A stretch of DNA of 63,881 nucleotides, the filler included, from Octopus bimaculoides (Eukaryota): NCBI RefSeq assembly GCF_001194135.2. It is 6 parts of 6 records of this genome, joined end to end, with 100 filler letters (N's around TTAATTAATTAA, not from the genome) between each part and the next. Parts side by side here need not be neighbours in the genome. Positions count along the whole stretch, not along the records: positions 1 to 25,139 come from NC_068981.1; 5 more parts are not named here. One strand, written 5' to 3'. Below, one piece after another: positions 1 through 12,990 of this stretch; the first letter of the stretch is position 1; every line of letters begins with the position of its first letter. Below the pieces are notes generated by a model. It was not told the DNA's origin, ran no database searches, and saw only the letters and a list, made by a program, of their open reading frames with translations. The position numbers and the translations under genes were made by a program.

Positions 1-30
1 TATATATATATACACACATATGTATATATA

Positions 31-1262
31 CAGGAAGCGATGGGTAAATTGTTGCTATTTTATATTTTCAATTTCATTGTTTGTTTTTGATTTTGTCAGC
101 TACACAGTATAGTAGGGTCATTGATACATTTCTGAAGGCGTTCTTGGAAGTTGGCCTCTACTCTCTCCAGCATTGCTCTGTCGATTTGGGTAACTTCTAT
201 GTGAATAGCTTCCTTCAAATCACCCAATTCATGGGGGCTTATGTACATGCACACATGCCTTGAGATTTCCCCACAAGAAATAATCACACATGGACAAATG
301 AGGGGACCGAGGGAATGTCAGAAAAGAGGTGGTCATCGAAGGGAGGGCAAAGAATGTCCATTGATACTCTGGCTGTGCAAGCCATTGCCCCATCCTGCTG
401 AAACTACACATGTCTATCAAATAGGCATATGTTTTCATCATAATTCAGACACAAAGAAGTTGTTTATCATCTCAATATAATGCTTGGAGTTCACAGTAAC
501 AACATTTCCATTACTGTCTTCAAAATGGTGACAGCTTTTTCAACAGCACACTGGACTATCACTTTTGGGCTGTGCAGTGTTCTTTCATACAGTTCTCTTG
601 GATCTTCAAGAGACCAATAACGACAGTTCTGTTAATTCACCATGCCATTGAGATGAAAATGAACTTCATCACTCATTAATAAAATGAGGTTGTCATTTGC
701 CTCAAAAATTGCTTCCATCTGACGGGCATAGTTCCCTGGCTTCAACTGTTGCCCAGTGACCAATTTGTATGGGTAAAAATGCAGGTCTTCATGCAAAATA
801 TGCCTTACCAATTGATTACTGATGCCAAGTTCAGTGGAATGCCTCTGAGCAGAGCGATTCAAACTCCGTATCAAAGCTTGTCTGATGTGTTCCACATTTT
901 CCAGGCTCCATACCATTCGTGGTGCCCCTACCAGTCTCCTATTCATTAGTGTACTTTGTGTACAAAGTGCATTCACCCAACGTAAGATTGTGTTATGGGT
1001 GGGAACAACCTGATTTCGGTGAATGTTGAAGTGGTGCTGAAACTCATACTGAACCGCCGTGACAGATTTGTTATTCTTCACATAACTGTTGTAGGCAAAC
1101 ACGTGTTGCTCTCTCATCCACAGCACCATGACTTCACCTGAAAAGAAAAAAAAAATAGGCGAAGACAACATGGACCAAATGATACCTGTCAGAAATATGT
1201 CCCTCCCACTAGGGCTAAGTAATAGCCCTTTCAAAAACGTCCATTCTCTCTGCCCCACCCTG
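31..1262 (-). mobile_element. Degenerate Tc1/mariner-superfamily DNA transposon (DUF4817-type HTH + DDE transposase pseudogene, ~96-1129)
   Basis: Minus-strand fragments: MVLWMREQHVFAYNSYVKNNKSVTAVQ...TILRWVN (HTH), LLMSDEVHFHLNGMVN (first catalytic D), PRSPHLSMCDYFLWGNLKACVH and LKEAIHIEVTQIDRAMLERVEANFQERLQKCI (C-terminus), in different frames. Terminus TA-CAGGGTGGGGCAG on the minus strand at 1262; the left end begins TA-CAGG at 31 but matches poorly. Confidence 0.85.
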
Positions 1263-1840
1263 TATGCATATANNNNNNNNNNNNNNNNNNNNNNNNNNNN
1301 NNNNNNNNNNNNNNNNNNNNNNNNNNNNNNNNNNNNNNNNNNNNNNNNNNNNNNNNNNNNNNNNNNNNNNNNNNNNNNNNNNNNNNNNNNNNNNNNNNNN
1401 NNNNNNNNNNNNNNNNNNNNNNNNNNNNNNNNNNNNNNNNNNNNNNNNNNNNNNNNNNNNNNNNNNNNNNNNNNNNNNNNNNNNNNNNNNNNNNNNNNNN
1501 NNNNNNNNNNNNNNNNNNNNNNNNNNNNNNNNNNNNNNNNNNNNNNNNNNNNNNNNNNNNNNNNNNNNNNNNNNNNNNNNNNNNNNNNNNNNNNNNNNNN
1601 NNNNNNNNNNNNNNNNNNNNNNNNNNNNNNNNNNNNNNNNNNNNNNNNNNNNNNNNNNNNNNNNNNNNNNNNNNNNNNNNNNNNNNNNNNNNNNNNNNNN
1701 NNNNNNNNNNNNNNNNNNNNNNNNNNNNNNNNNNNNNNNNNNNNNNNNNNNNNNNNNNNNNNNNNNNNNNNNNNNNNNNNNNNNNNNNNNNNNNNNNNNN
1801 NNNNNNNNNNNNNNNNNNNNNNNNNNNNNNNNNNNNNNNN

Positions 1841-1873
<33 letters not shown>

Positions 1874-2182
1874 TACAGCTCTGTTTACTCCATTTTGTCT
1901 GATTGATAAAATATAAGAGACACTCAACTTAATGTTTGACTTATTTGGTGTAGGGAGGACGTTCACCTGAATATTGTTTTGGGAATAATTTCTTATCTAG
2001 AAACTTCTCATCTACTGAAGTGAAGATTGAGGTGTGATTTGATTGCTGTTTCTGTAAGATCATACAGCAGAATTCTTGCTTTGAAAAAGCCATACCCTCA
2101 CTCAACCTGGAAAAAGAAAAGAAACCACAGAGAAACCAAAGAAACGCATAAGGTTCTCTCACAGATTGGTACGATGCATATA

Positions 2183-2401
2183 TGAAGGGGTGCTGAAAAG
2201 TTCTAGGCTTTATGGGTATTGTGAAAGGCCGGGTTGGAGGTCTAAACTTCTGAGTTCTTTTACAGGGCTTAGAAAAACTGAAGGACCACTGCTATAACTG
2301 TGTGAATCTGAAAGGGGAATATGTTGAATAAAATCATAATTAACTGATCCTCCTATATTTTCTTTTACTCAAAGGCCAAAAACCTTTCTTGCACAGCTTC
2401 A
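2183..2401. mobile_element. Mariner-derived MITE
   Basis: TA-flanked imperfect TIRs (tgaaggggtgctgaaaagttctaggcttt / aaaggccaaaaacctttcttgcacagcttca); half of the same family recurs inverted at ~24593-24703. Confidence 0.65.
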
Positions 2402-2658
2402 TATATATCTTGCAAAATTAGTCTTTAGTATGTACCTTGAACTTTGAATCATTGTTGTCATCGTTGTCATCATCATCATCATCATTTGAATGAAAATAGT
2501 GATGAAAAATATAAATCCGACATATGACCAGATCGACTTACGACCTGTCAGTCAGAACAGAACTTGGTCATAAATCAAGAAGGTGTATATAATTACTCTA
2601 ATGTTTTAGAGTGTGAATTTTTTTACAGATATATAAAATGCTGACGATATATATGTAT

Positions 2659-2711
<53 letters not shown>

Positions 2712-2914
2712 TATATATTGTTGTATTTCGGGATGGTCATTTTTTTTCTTTTATCAAATAAGCGCACCCACTATATATTTGTTCTTCACTCGTTTATTAC
2801 TGTTCTTATTTTATCATTTGTCCATTGTCTGGAAATCTTTTGTCACACATCTGTGACCTCTTCAGCGACATTTTCCATCTTCGTGTGTGCTCTTGTTCTG
2901 CTTATTCCAATGGA

Positions 2915-3104
2915 ATAAGCAGAAAGCAGTGTTGAATATAACGAAGAATTTAGTAAAATAACTTACTTATCATTCAGCTAGTGTTAGAACCATAAATTGT
3001 GACTAAGGTTTGGTGGAAGATTTTAATTCAGAACTTTTGAAAACAAGACATTTGTACTACAAAGCCAGAGGCGGTTTCAACCCAGCTGATATCAAAAGGA
3101 TTAA
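2915..3104 (-). mobile_element. piggyBac-like MITE fragment
   Basis: Ends in AAAAGGA-TTAA; reverse-complement copy of the element at 14160-14378, which begins TTAA-CCCTTT. Confidence 0.6.
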
Positions 3105-3180
3105 GATTGAGTATAAATAGTAAGTCTTTTCATGTGGGATGCAAATAAAAAAAAAAAAAAAAAAAAAAAANNNNNNNNNN

Positions 3181-3212
<32 letters not shown>

Positions 3213-3579
3213 AAAATACAAGATGATAGCTTTTAATGCAAATGTATCTTATAAACCACATCCTTCTTCAGAATTTAGCAGTGTGTTAATAAGCCTCACC
3301 TGTCTTCTGCAGAAGAAAGCATGTTGTGTCAATAAGCCACACCTGGCCTTAAAGGGTTAAAGTACACAGTATAAAGATACAAGTTACTAATAGTTTCTTG
3401 TTGAGAAGACATGTGCCAAGACAGGTTTTTATAAGAAAATATTACTAACTTGTAATTATATACTGTGTACATTAAATGATATTTATCTCTCACTGGACAG
3501 AGTACTTGTGTACTTGTTTGTTGATCTTACCTCAATAAACTGTATTTATATCTATATAAACGATATTTATGTCTATATA

Positions 3580-3785
3580 AAAAGCACCTGTGCAGGTGCT
3601 ATGTAAAAAGCACGAGTGCTGCTGCCATATAAAATAATCACCTGTGCTGGTACCAGATAAAATGCACTCAGTACACATTGTAAAGTGGTTGGTGTTAGGA
3701 AGGGCATTTAACTTGCTGAAACAAACAATTGGAGCCTGGTGCAGTTCTCTGGCTTGCCAGCTCCTGTCAAACCATCCAACCCATA
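3580..3785 (+). mobile_element. Old RTE-tail repeat (LINE 3' UTR / partner SINE)
   Basis: Diverged match to the family core aaaagcacc...gtggttggtgttaggaagggcat...ttggagcctggtg...aaaccatccaaccc. Confidence 0.6.
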
Positions 3786-3889
3786 AAAGGGTAATGAGTA
3801 AAGACCCCCTTCGGTCATGAATGACCATGGGATTGCACCTAGAAAATTCCCCTCCGAGGCACAAGTCCAGGCAAAGTTGTTTTATGGAA

Positions 3890-4130
3890 GACCAACAGTC
3901 ACCCATGCATACCAGCTTCCCTTCTCCACGCCATTGATGTTATCCAAAAGAAAGGCAAGGGGGCCAATACAGCTTGGCACCAGTGATGTCACAACTCATT
4001 TCTACAGATGAGTGAACTGGAGCAACATGAAATAAAGTGTCTCGCTCAAGAACACAGCACACAGCCTGGTCTGGGAATCGAACTCACTACTTCATGATTG
4101 TGAATCAGATGCTCTAACCACTGAGCCATC
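3890..4130 (-). mobile_element. tRNA-derived SINE
   Basis: Minus strand carries A box (TGGCTCAGTGG) and B box (GAGTTCGATTCC), then a gtgttcttgagcgagacactttatttc...ccagttcactcatctg central domain shared with 22026-22270. Confidence 0.7.
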
Positions 4131-4752
4131 TCTACATCCAACCCATACCAGCATGGAAAATGGATGTTAGATGACGATGATGATAATGATGAGGATGATG
4201 ATGATGATGATGATATCTGCACACACGCTCCAGGTCTGCTCAGTAGGGCAGGCTTGGGGGATACAAAGAGCAAATTATCATTATTGAAGGGGATTATTTT
4301 GTAAAATGATTAAAATTTAAGGCAGTACAAGAAAAAAAAAATGTGAATGCATTTTAAACCTTTTAGGTGGCCATATTTTTCTCTTCCACTTCTGTGACTT
4401 AATTAATTTTGGAAAAAAAATATTCAAAATTTCTTTTCATTTATGGGTATATTAACCTAATGTTTGGACCTTAACGATTGAACAAAAGGTTTTCCCATTA
4501 AATTATTATAAAAGGTTTCAATTCAAATATAAACACTTGCAAAGAGGAAATTTATATCATCAAGCAGGGTTTGTATAAAAAAAATATTAATGAATAACCT
4601 ACTTTATAATGATTGGTGAAAAAGTCGAGATAATCTCCAGTTATTTTAGCGTATAATATCAGGATGAGACATATTGTAACGGAAATGTTTAAAGAGATTT
4701 CATACGTAGCAGTAGGAGGAATGAGAGAGAGAGAGGGAGAGAGAGAGAGACA

Positions 4753-4798
<46 letters not shown>

Positions 4799-5820
4799 CA
4801 CTCACACACAAACATACAGACACACAAACATACACATACCTTTTAGCTGCTTTGAAACCAGACAGAAGATTAAACTATTCTCAATAGTCCTTCATTTGAC
4901 AAATTTAAGTAGTTTTCTGAGAGAGCTTGTTAATGGTAAAAACTGCGAAACTAATTGCAATATGGTATGCCTGTTAGCTGTCATCTGTTAGATATTTATT
5001 CTGAGGTGGTATCTGTGAGTAATGAAGATGAAATGTGAATGACAATAGTAAATCAATGTGGAAGCCTACTTTTGTCTTTTCTTTGTGGCATTCATTGAAG
5101 GAGAATTTCTGTAGTTTAATGAATTGTGAAAAATTTTATGGCAGCTAAAGTTTTCAATGAAATTACATAATGAAAAACTCCTTTTAAGTGAGGAATCATC
5201 ATATGTATTATAAATGTAAAAGAAACAAATTCTATTAACCATTTCTACTTTATAAAAGAGAAAACAACAAAATCTTAGTTTACTATTATCATTAATTAAT
5301 TATACTTCTCTTTCGATCAAAATGTAAAAAATATTTGAGTGAATGGTGACTTACCATTTTCGTCAACAAATATTGTTTACTTGAAAGGTATTACAAGGAA
5401 CACTTTTCTTTCAAATTTATGTCAGAAATTTACATAGAAAAAGAGGGAAATAGAGACATTTAATAATTAGAATGACATTTCAATGTTCAGTTTTGAAAGG
5501 GAAGTTGTTTAAATGTGATCAGATATTGATTGTTATCAGCAAAATATCTCGCACCTCTATATTTAACATTTCTCTATTGTGTTGTTACACAATTCTAATA
5601 ACGATTTCTTACAGTACCACTGTGTTATAAATATGGAAAGGAAACAACTAGTTGAATGGTATAATTTTTAGTTTATTACTGGTATTTATCACCTTTAATG
5701 TTTATCTCACCAAGCCTTAGTTACTTTTAGCGAAAGGCCACAAATTGTGGAGTGTGGGAAGATAAAATTTTGCCGGGAAGATGAATACTGCAAGCTAGCC
5801 ACTGTAAGGAAGAAGAATGA

Positions 5821-6400
5821 GGGGACTTGAGAGGTCTCTATTGATCTTGAAGGTAAATACCACTTCCCTTTTTTTCGCCACCAAAAGACTCAACTTTGTT
5901 ATGTGGTGCAAAGAAAGCAGTAAAAATGGTTGATAGTTCCTTGGGAGGCAAACATCAAAGAGGTTTCTTCAGGAGAGACAGGAAATACAGAGAATTGGTT
6001 GAACTATGCAAAATCAACGGATGGGAAGCAATATACCTTCGTATAGAGATAGGTGTTAGAGGATTTGTTGGAACCAAGGTTTACTGAATGCTCAGGAGTC
6101 TTGGGTTAGGTGTGAAGGAAAGAAAAGATGTTGCTAGAAAATTGTTGGAAGCCACTGAGAAAGCAGATCATTATATTTGGCTCTCAAGAGGGGGGATAAG
6201 TGTTGCAGTAAGAATGAGTATTGGGGAGGTAGAAACATCTGGCTCAGAGTCATGATATCTGACTCAATAAAACTTGTGCAGTTGTGCAGGAGTTTTATCA
6301 CCTCCATTAGTCAGGGGTGGCTCTAGGCAGCTCTGAAGTCATGAGGGAAGGGTTTGAAACACTTACAGAGCTGCTTCACTACCTGATGAGACATTGGCTC
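5821..6400 (+). mobile_element. 3' fragment of an RLE-type non-LTR retrotransposon (HERO-like)
   Basis: Frameshifted translation ...VSIDLEGKYHFP...LIVPWEANIKE...RKYRELVELCKINGWEAIYLRIEIGVRGFVG...LRSLGLG...KLLEATEKADHYIWLSR resembles the restriction-like endonuclease C-terminus of HERO elements (LTVPWE, EVGCRGF, WIWL.R). Confidence 0.7.
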
Positions 6401-7249
6401 CTGCATTTGGAAATGAAGTACATCAACACTTTCAGCATGGCAAGAAAGAGCATTCAGGTGTAGACCACCCTTCCAAAGTAGACAACAGAGCTCAACACAG
6501 CCCTGAGGCTTGCCAGATTCTGTCAAACCATCCAACCCACGCCAGCATGGAAAACGAACATTAAATAATGATGATGGTGGTGGTGGTTGTGTGAAGTGTG
6601 ATGATGATGATGATGATGACGATGACTACCTGTCTCCACTTCCAGCGCCTTTTAACTCCAAGTTGGTAAACAGACTGTCGCTTGTGTCAGCTTGATATAT
6701 TAAATTTCACTTTAGATAGTAAAGTTTTTGAGTTTAAAAACGTTTATATGCCATGGGGAGAAAAGCACCACAATTTTCCTTAGGCTCTGCTATTTTTTTT
6801 ACTTATTCACTTTAGATATGTTTATTATCTGTCTACATTAGCTGTCTACATTAACTATCTCTATTACTTGTTTATTTTAGCTGTCTTTAATTTCTATATT
6901 ATTCAGTTGAATTATTATGATTACCAGACTAGTGATATTAGTTTTGATTATTAACATAATCTGTCATCTACCATTACTACAATTTCATATATATATACTC
7001 TCTCACATATTCTTGGAAAAAAGACTGAACGTAAAACTATTTCATATTCAGGTGTATTGGATGGTTATCTATGGTATGGGAGCATAATAGATACAAGTGT
7101 TGGCGCTCTGTGTTTAAAGTTGAAATTCTTGGGTTCAATCTCAGTTAATGGTTGTGTACATATATATCAAATGGCTATAAAATATAACGTATAACTCTTC
7201 ATACAGCAATGAATCATAACTGATAGTTATGATACATCATATGCCATGC

Positions 7250-7635
7250 TTAAGGAGACCTATTGAGTCAAGTACATCAACATCAGCAATATCAAAATCG
7301 CATCAAATGGAAATTGTAGTTGTGTGCCCCTGAGTATGTAAAAAGCACCATCCAATCATGGTCGATGCCAGCTCCTCTGGCCCCTGTGCCAGTGGCACGT
7401 AAAAAGCACCCACTACACTCTAGGAGTGGTNNNNNNNNNNGTGCCAGTGGCACGTAAAAAGCACCCACTACACTCTAGGAGTGGTTGGCATTAGGAAGGG
7501 CATTCAGCTGTAGAAACACTGCCAGATCAGACTGGGGCCTCGTGCAGCCTCCTGGTTTCCCAGAACCCAGTCGAACTGTCCAACTCATGCCAGCATGGAA
7601 AACGGACGTTAAACGATGATGATGATGATGATGAT
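7250..7635 (+). mobile_element. RTE-tail repeat with (GAT)n tail
   Basis: gtgccagtggcacgtaaaaagcacccactacactc...aggaagggcattcagctgtagaaac...aaaacggacgttaaacgatgatgat; interrupted by a 10-N gap. Confidence 0.75.
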
Positions 7636-7916
7636 ATGATACAACATACTGTAATAGATCATAGGCTGTTAGTGAAGGTACCTCATATAACACATGATAC
7701 AGTAATAGAGCATACATTAATAGTAAAGATACATGATATAGAACGGTGTAATAGATCATGCGCAAATGGTTAAGATAGATCCTATAATATATCATATGGT
7801 AAAAGATCATATACTAATAGTTATATATATCATATAATACATCATACGGATCATATGCTAATAGTTAAGATGCATGATATAGAACATCATAATAAATCAT
7901 ACCAATAGAGAAGATA

Positions 7917-9044
7917 CCAGGTTGCCTCAAAAGTATTTCAAGAATTAATAATTCAAATAAATTACATATGGAAAGTTCTTATTTATCAGGATATATTCCA
8001 TCATATTCTGTTGTCTGTTTCCATCATTGTACCAGAAGCTCAATTCCATGCTTATACCATTTGGCTGGTTTAAGAGCAAAAAATTCCCTGCGCTCATCTT
8101 CAACCTCATCCACATTGTTCAACCTCTGCCAGTGCAGAATATGAGCTATGGCTTGGAAAGAGTGGTTATCTGATGGTGCAAGGTCTGGACTGTAGGCAGG
8201 GTGAGGCAGCACTTCTAACCCTTCATGTTCAAGTTTGTGCTTGGATACCTTCACAGAGTGTGTGCTATGGCATTGTAATGTTGTAGGAGTGTGCATCTTT
8301 GATTGACTCATGCTGAGTTGCAGGCTTTCAAAGCAACATATACTCACTGCAGTTGTTGAGCAGAAAAGTTAGCATTCACAGCATTATCATCTGAGACAAG
8401 CTCAAACTGAAATACTCCCTTGAAATTCTACTCCCTTGAAATTCTTAAAATACCAAACAAAATATGATCTGTTCAAACAGCTCTTGTTTGACAACAGGTT
8501 CTGAAGCCTGGCTGGAATGCAGCTACTGATTTCTCTTATTATGAAAATAGATAAATTTTTCATCTCAATTTACAATTCAACACCAAAAGCAGGCAACTCA
8601 GAGATTTGCCTACAGTTATTTGCAAACGTTCACACATCATTGAGCCTGCTCATTGGTCAATTCATGAAGATCTTGAGGTGACAATTGATGGTGGTTTGTG
8701 AAAGACCAAGTTCTGCTGACAATGTATGAGTGCTTGTGTTTGGCTGTTGGTGAGCCTTTTCAAGCAACGTCTCATTTTCCTCAACAGAAGGTCTCTCTGA
8801 ACTTTGTTTCTCCTCAAGGCTTGAAATGGCTGAGCCAGTTTTGCATCACATGTTCACTGACAGTTTTTGGGCCTTTCACATCGTTAATTTCTTTTTTTGC
8901 TGCCCTCGCACTCAGTTACTGCAAATGGTATGATAGAACAAACAGCCATTGTTTGTATATGGACAACCACAATTTGTATGATGTAAGTGATTAACAACTA
9001 GAAACACTGCTGCAAGCAGTGCAAAGATTTACTATTAGAATTGG
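7917..9044 (-). mobile_element. Degenerate mariner transposon
   Basis: Minus-strand LEVLPHPAYSPDLAPSDNHSFQ...FFALKPAKWYKHGIELL (mariner YSPDLAPSD motif); N-terminal remnant KEINDVKGPKTVSEHVMQNW...ERPSV...LSAELGLSQTTI; left end TA-ccaggttgcctcaaaagt. Right boundary approximate. Confidence 0.8.
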
Positions 9045-9420
9045 TAAGAAATTTGAGTTTGAAAAAATATTCTAACCAAATTAAAAAAAACACTAATTTT
9101 ATGTTAGACAAAGAAAGAGATTAGATGCAGACTTATACATAAGAATTAAAGAATTAGACAAAGTACAACATACAAATGGAAGAAAATGTTAAGAAGAAAT
9201 GCTATTGACACATTAAATTGATATTTAAAATAGAGTTAAATACAAACAAATAAATAAATAGTTAAAGTTCTAGGTATCAATACTTTAGCTGTCCAAGAAA
9301 TATTTTCAATTGGATGCTAAGTAAATTAGCAAAACATAAGAAAAACAAGAAAAATAATAATTATAATTACAATACACTGCCAAAATCTGACATAGAAAGA
9401 CTATATTTAAAATAAACATA

Positions 9421-9830
9421 GGCATAGGAGTGGCTGTGTGGTAAGTAGCTTGCTTACCAACCACATGGTTCTGGGTTCAGTTCCACTGCGTGGCACCTTG
9501 GGCAAGTGTCTTCTACTATAGCCTTGAGCCGACCAAAGCCTTGTGAGTGGATTTGGTAGACAGAAACTGAAAGAAACCTGTCGTATATATGTATATGTAT
9601 ATGTATGTGTGTGTATATGTTGTGTATCTGTGTTTGTCCTCCTAACATCGCTTAACAACTGATGCTGGTGTGTTTACGCCCCTGTAACTTAGCGGTTTGG
9701 CAAAAGAGACCGATAGAATAAGTACTAGGCTTACAAAGAATAAGTCCTGGGGTCAATTTGATTCGACTAAAGGCGGTGCTCCAGCATGGCCGCAGTCAAA
9801 TGACTGAAACAAGTAAAAGAAAAGAAAGAA
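9421..9830 (+). mobile_element. Full-length tRNA-derived SINE with internal microsatellite
   Basis: A box TGGCTGTGTGG (9431), B box GGTTCAGTTCC, ggcaccttgggcaagtgtcttctactatagcc core, (TATG/TG)n, and a ...cagtcaaatgactgaaacaagtaaaaga tail; related copies at 22298-22456(-), 53872-54035(+), 20460-20720(-), 17930-18075(-). Confidence 0.8.
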
Positions 9831-10231
9831 TATCTGGTGGGGAATAGTTATGTCTCATGGGTAGGTGTTAAAAACACCGTATGTAATCAAACAGGTGATT
9901 CTCAAATCTGAGATCAAACGTCACCAGAAGCCATTTGACCTTTCACCCTTTCTGGGGTCTGTAAGATTGAAATATACTGGTGGGGATGAATTTATGTTTA
10001 TCTGTTATACAGACCCTTAGCATTGGCACAAAGTAATAAATGTTACAGGAGGATCCCATCTGTTACATTGACTGCAGTACTTGATTGGTTCTTTAGGTTA
10101 TCCAAAGGATGAAAAGCAAGGTTGACCTTGGCAGAATTTGAACTCTGAATATAAAGGACTGTTATTGACATCATAAGGTATTTTAGTCCAACTCCTTAAT
10201 GATTTTGCCAAATCGTCATATTTATTTCTTT

Positions 10232-10451
10232 ATTGCTCACAGGGGGCTAAACGTAGAGGGAACAAACAAGGACAGACAAAGGGATTAAGTTGATTACATC
10301 GACTCCAGTGTGTAACTGGTATTTATTTAATCGACCCTGAAAGGATGAAAAGCAAAGTTGACTTTGGTGGAATTTGAACTCAGAACGTAACAGTAGACAA
10401 AATACCGCTAAGCATTTCACCTGGGTTGCTAATGATTCTGCCAGCTCGCTC
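10232..10451 (-). mobile_element. tRNA-derived SINE (ttctgagttcaaattcc family)
   Basis: Reverse complement of gcgagctggcagaatcattagc...ttctgagttcaaattccaccaaagtcaactttgcttttcatcc; degenerate neighbours at ~10055-10215 and ~10530-10680. Confidence 0.75.
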
Positions 10452-11635
10452 ACTAGCCAGTAATAATGGCAAATGCAAATTCAGGCAGAAGGCCAATGAT
10501 TTGGGGTTAGGGTTAGGGTTAGGAGTGTGGGGGGAGTTAGTTGATTCTATCTACTCCAGTACTTGACTAGTACTTTATTTTTTTGACTCAGAAAAGATGA
10601 AAGGCAAAGTTGATCATAGCAGGATTTTAACTCAGATTGTCAAAAGCCAGAAGAAACAGCATTAAGCATTTTTTCCAAAGCTCTAAGAGATCCCACCAGG
10701 TTGGGTTTTTTTTTTTTTTTTGACACACAATAATATGTCCGATCTGTAAGAAATAATATCCCAATTTCCAAGAATTCATACCCTACAAAAGAACATGTTT
10801 TAGGTTTCTGGTACATAGGGAAATATGGAATTGTTGTAGTGGCAATGTCATTGAACAATAGATCTGTTTGATCAAGGCTGAGCTGAGACTGAACAATAAC
10901 AGCTCTACACATAGATGTAAGGGAAATAACTGCGCATTGAGCCATCTTTTGCCTTTTTTTTTTTTGACGTCCCTTGATCNNNNNNNNNNNNNNNNNNNNN
11001 NNNNNNNNNNNNNNNNNNNNNNNNNNNNNNNNNNNNNNNNNNNNNNNNNNNNNNNNNNNNNNNNNNNNNNNNNNNNNNNNNNNNNNNNNNNNNNNNNNNN
11101 NNNNNNNNNNNNNNNNNNNNNNNNNNNNNNNNNNNNNNNNNNNNNNNNNNNNNNNNNNNNNNNNNNNNNNNNNNNNNNNNNNNNNNNNNNNNNNNNNNNN
11201 NNNNNNNNNNNNNNNNNNNNNNNNNNNNNNNNNNNNNNNNNNNNNNNNNNNNNNNNNNNNNNNNNNNNNNNNNNNNNNNNNNNNNNNNNNNNNNNNNNNN
11301 NNNNNNNNNNNNNNNNNNNNNNNNNNNNNNNNNNNNNNNNNNNNNNNNNNNNNNNNNNNNNNNNNNNNNNNNNNNNNNNNNNNNNNNNNNNNNNNNNNNN
11401 NNNNNNNNNNNNNNNNNNNNNNNNNNNNNNNNNNNNNNNNNNNNNNNNNNNNNNNNNNNNNNNNNNNNNNNNNNNNNNNNNNNNNNNNNNNNNNNNNNNN
11501 NNNNNNNNNNNNNNNNNNNNNNNNNNNNNNNNNNNNNNNNNNNNNNNNNNNNNNNNNNNNNNNNNNNNNNNNNNNNNNNNNNNNNNNNNNNNNNNNNNNN
11601 NNNNNNNNNNNNNNNNNNNNNNNNNNNNNNNNNNA

Positions 11636-11930
11636 AAATTCTGAGGACAGTTGTGTATCGTAGACAGGCTGTCAAAACCTGTAAAATTGAAATGGTGATG
11701 GAAGAGGAAATCGAGGAGTGCCTGGGTGAAATTGTCAATGAAGCCACGTACATCAGCAGAGGAAGGAAGTTCGGTACGGTTGAGGTGAGGTTCGCCACTA
11801 TAGAAGAGGCAACCAAGCATGCAACCAACATTTTGAGAAGTACAAAAATAGCATTGCTACCAAGTTATAGAGGAAGAAGAAGTGTGAGAATACGTATTCC
11901 TAGAGTGCCACCAGAAATTAAACAGACGAC
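11636..11930 (+). mobile_element. Probable ORF1 (RRM/gag-like) fragment of an L1/Tx1-type LINE
   Basis: Open, protein-like KILRTVVYRRQAVKTCKIEMVMEEEIEECLGEIVNEATYISRGRKFGTVEVRFATIEEATKHAT...VRIRIPRVPPEI; RRM-like beta/alpha pattern and an I.I..VPPEI motif as in LINE ORF1. Abuts a gap and ends abruptly without a splice donor. Confidence 0.4.
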
Positions 11931-12990
11931 CCCTTAAGTAACTGTTATTCCATATCAAACAAAATAACTAGGGTTATCAGCTGCACCCTTCAAATATTGT
12001 ATAATCACATATTTTGGAGATAAAAGATGTATTCCTATTTGAATTGAAATAAAATTTGCTCCATACTTCAATATTTTAGTTTTCATAGCATGCCGAGAAG
12101 AATGTCACAGCGTGACTCTCAGACCAGACAATAAACTTGTGATAGTCGGAAAGTTTTCTTAGACTTGTGAATTTGTGGTTCTGACAAAAGTTCCTATCAA
12201 AGGTTTTGATGAAAGTGTAACTTTAATCTATATTCATATTCTGGCAGCTGTTTAGATATCTTTTAACAGATGAAATATTTATGCTTGTGTGTTTTATATT
12301 ATGCATGTGTAACGGGCAGGTGGTACCGCCTGTGTAAAACTTAATATATTATAGACATTCAAGAGAATTATGCTCTACGAGCTTTAAATCATTTGTCAGT
12401 ATTTAATTAAATGCAACCTTCAGATTTCTCCCCGAAGCAAAATAAAACTTACAATAGACAAACATTTTAAATAGTTTCCTATCAGTAGTTTGTAATATTA
12501 TTTATGACTTTCATATATTATAAACGATTATATTCAATAGCTTCCAGTTTGAATTGATTTACCTCCCTTGCTAAGTTAATATTAAATTTGGATATTTGGT
12601 TTAGATTTATCTTGAAGTGTCAACTTGTTTGTAATGATTCTCTTAAATATATTGAACTTTTATGTAAGTAGGCAGCTTTAGGTTTACAGAGAGATTAAGT
12701 GAGAGTGTGTGACGTTTATGCTTTTCTGAAGAGTACAAGAATGAAGAGTGAAATGCCAATAACTAGCTGAAGCACAACCTTGGTTCATTTAGAGCTTTTA
12801 GCATATTAAAACAGATTTTTAAGTATATTGTTTTCCCAAGTCTGTTAATAAGTTAATGTCTCCTCTGTCATTCAGCACCCTCACGTGGTAATCTCGCATT
12901 ATACTGTTGTGGGGTAGAAGGTCGAAATGGCTGAGTGGTGTTGTATTTCACCTAAGTTCTATATACAATAAACTGTGATTCATACTTCTT

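Noticed and set aside
7386-7485. Perfect 45-bp direct duplication
   Set aside because: Flanks a 10-N gap; most likely an unmerged contig overlap.
10043-10057. TTACAGGAGGATCCC = LQEDP, like the start of UBE2A exon 2
   Set aside because: No AG acceptor, and the sequence continues as ICYIDCST into SINE sequence rather than PAGVSGAP.
10503-10523. (TTAGGG)3 telomere-like tract
   Set aside because: Too short to indicate an interstitial telomere; lies in a decayed SINE end.
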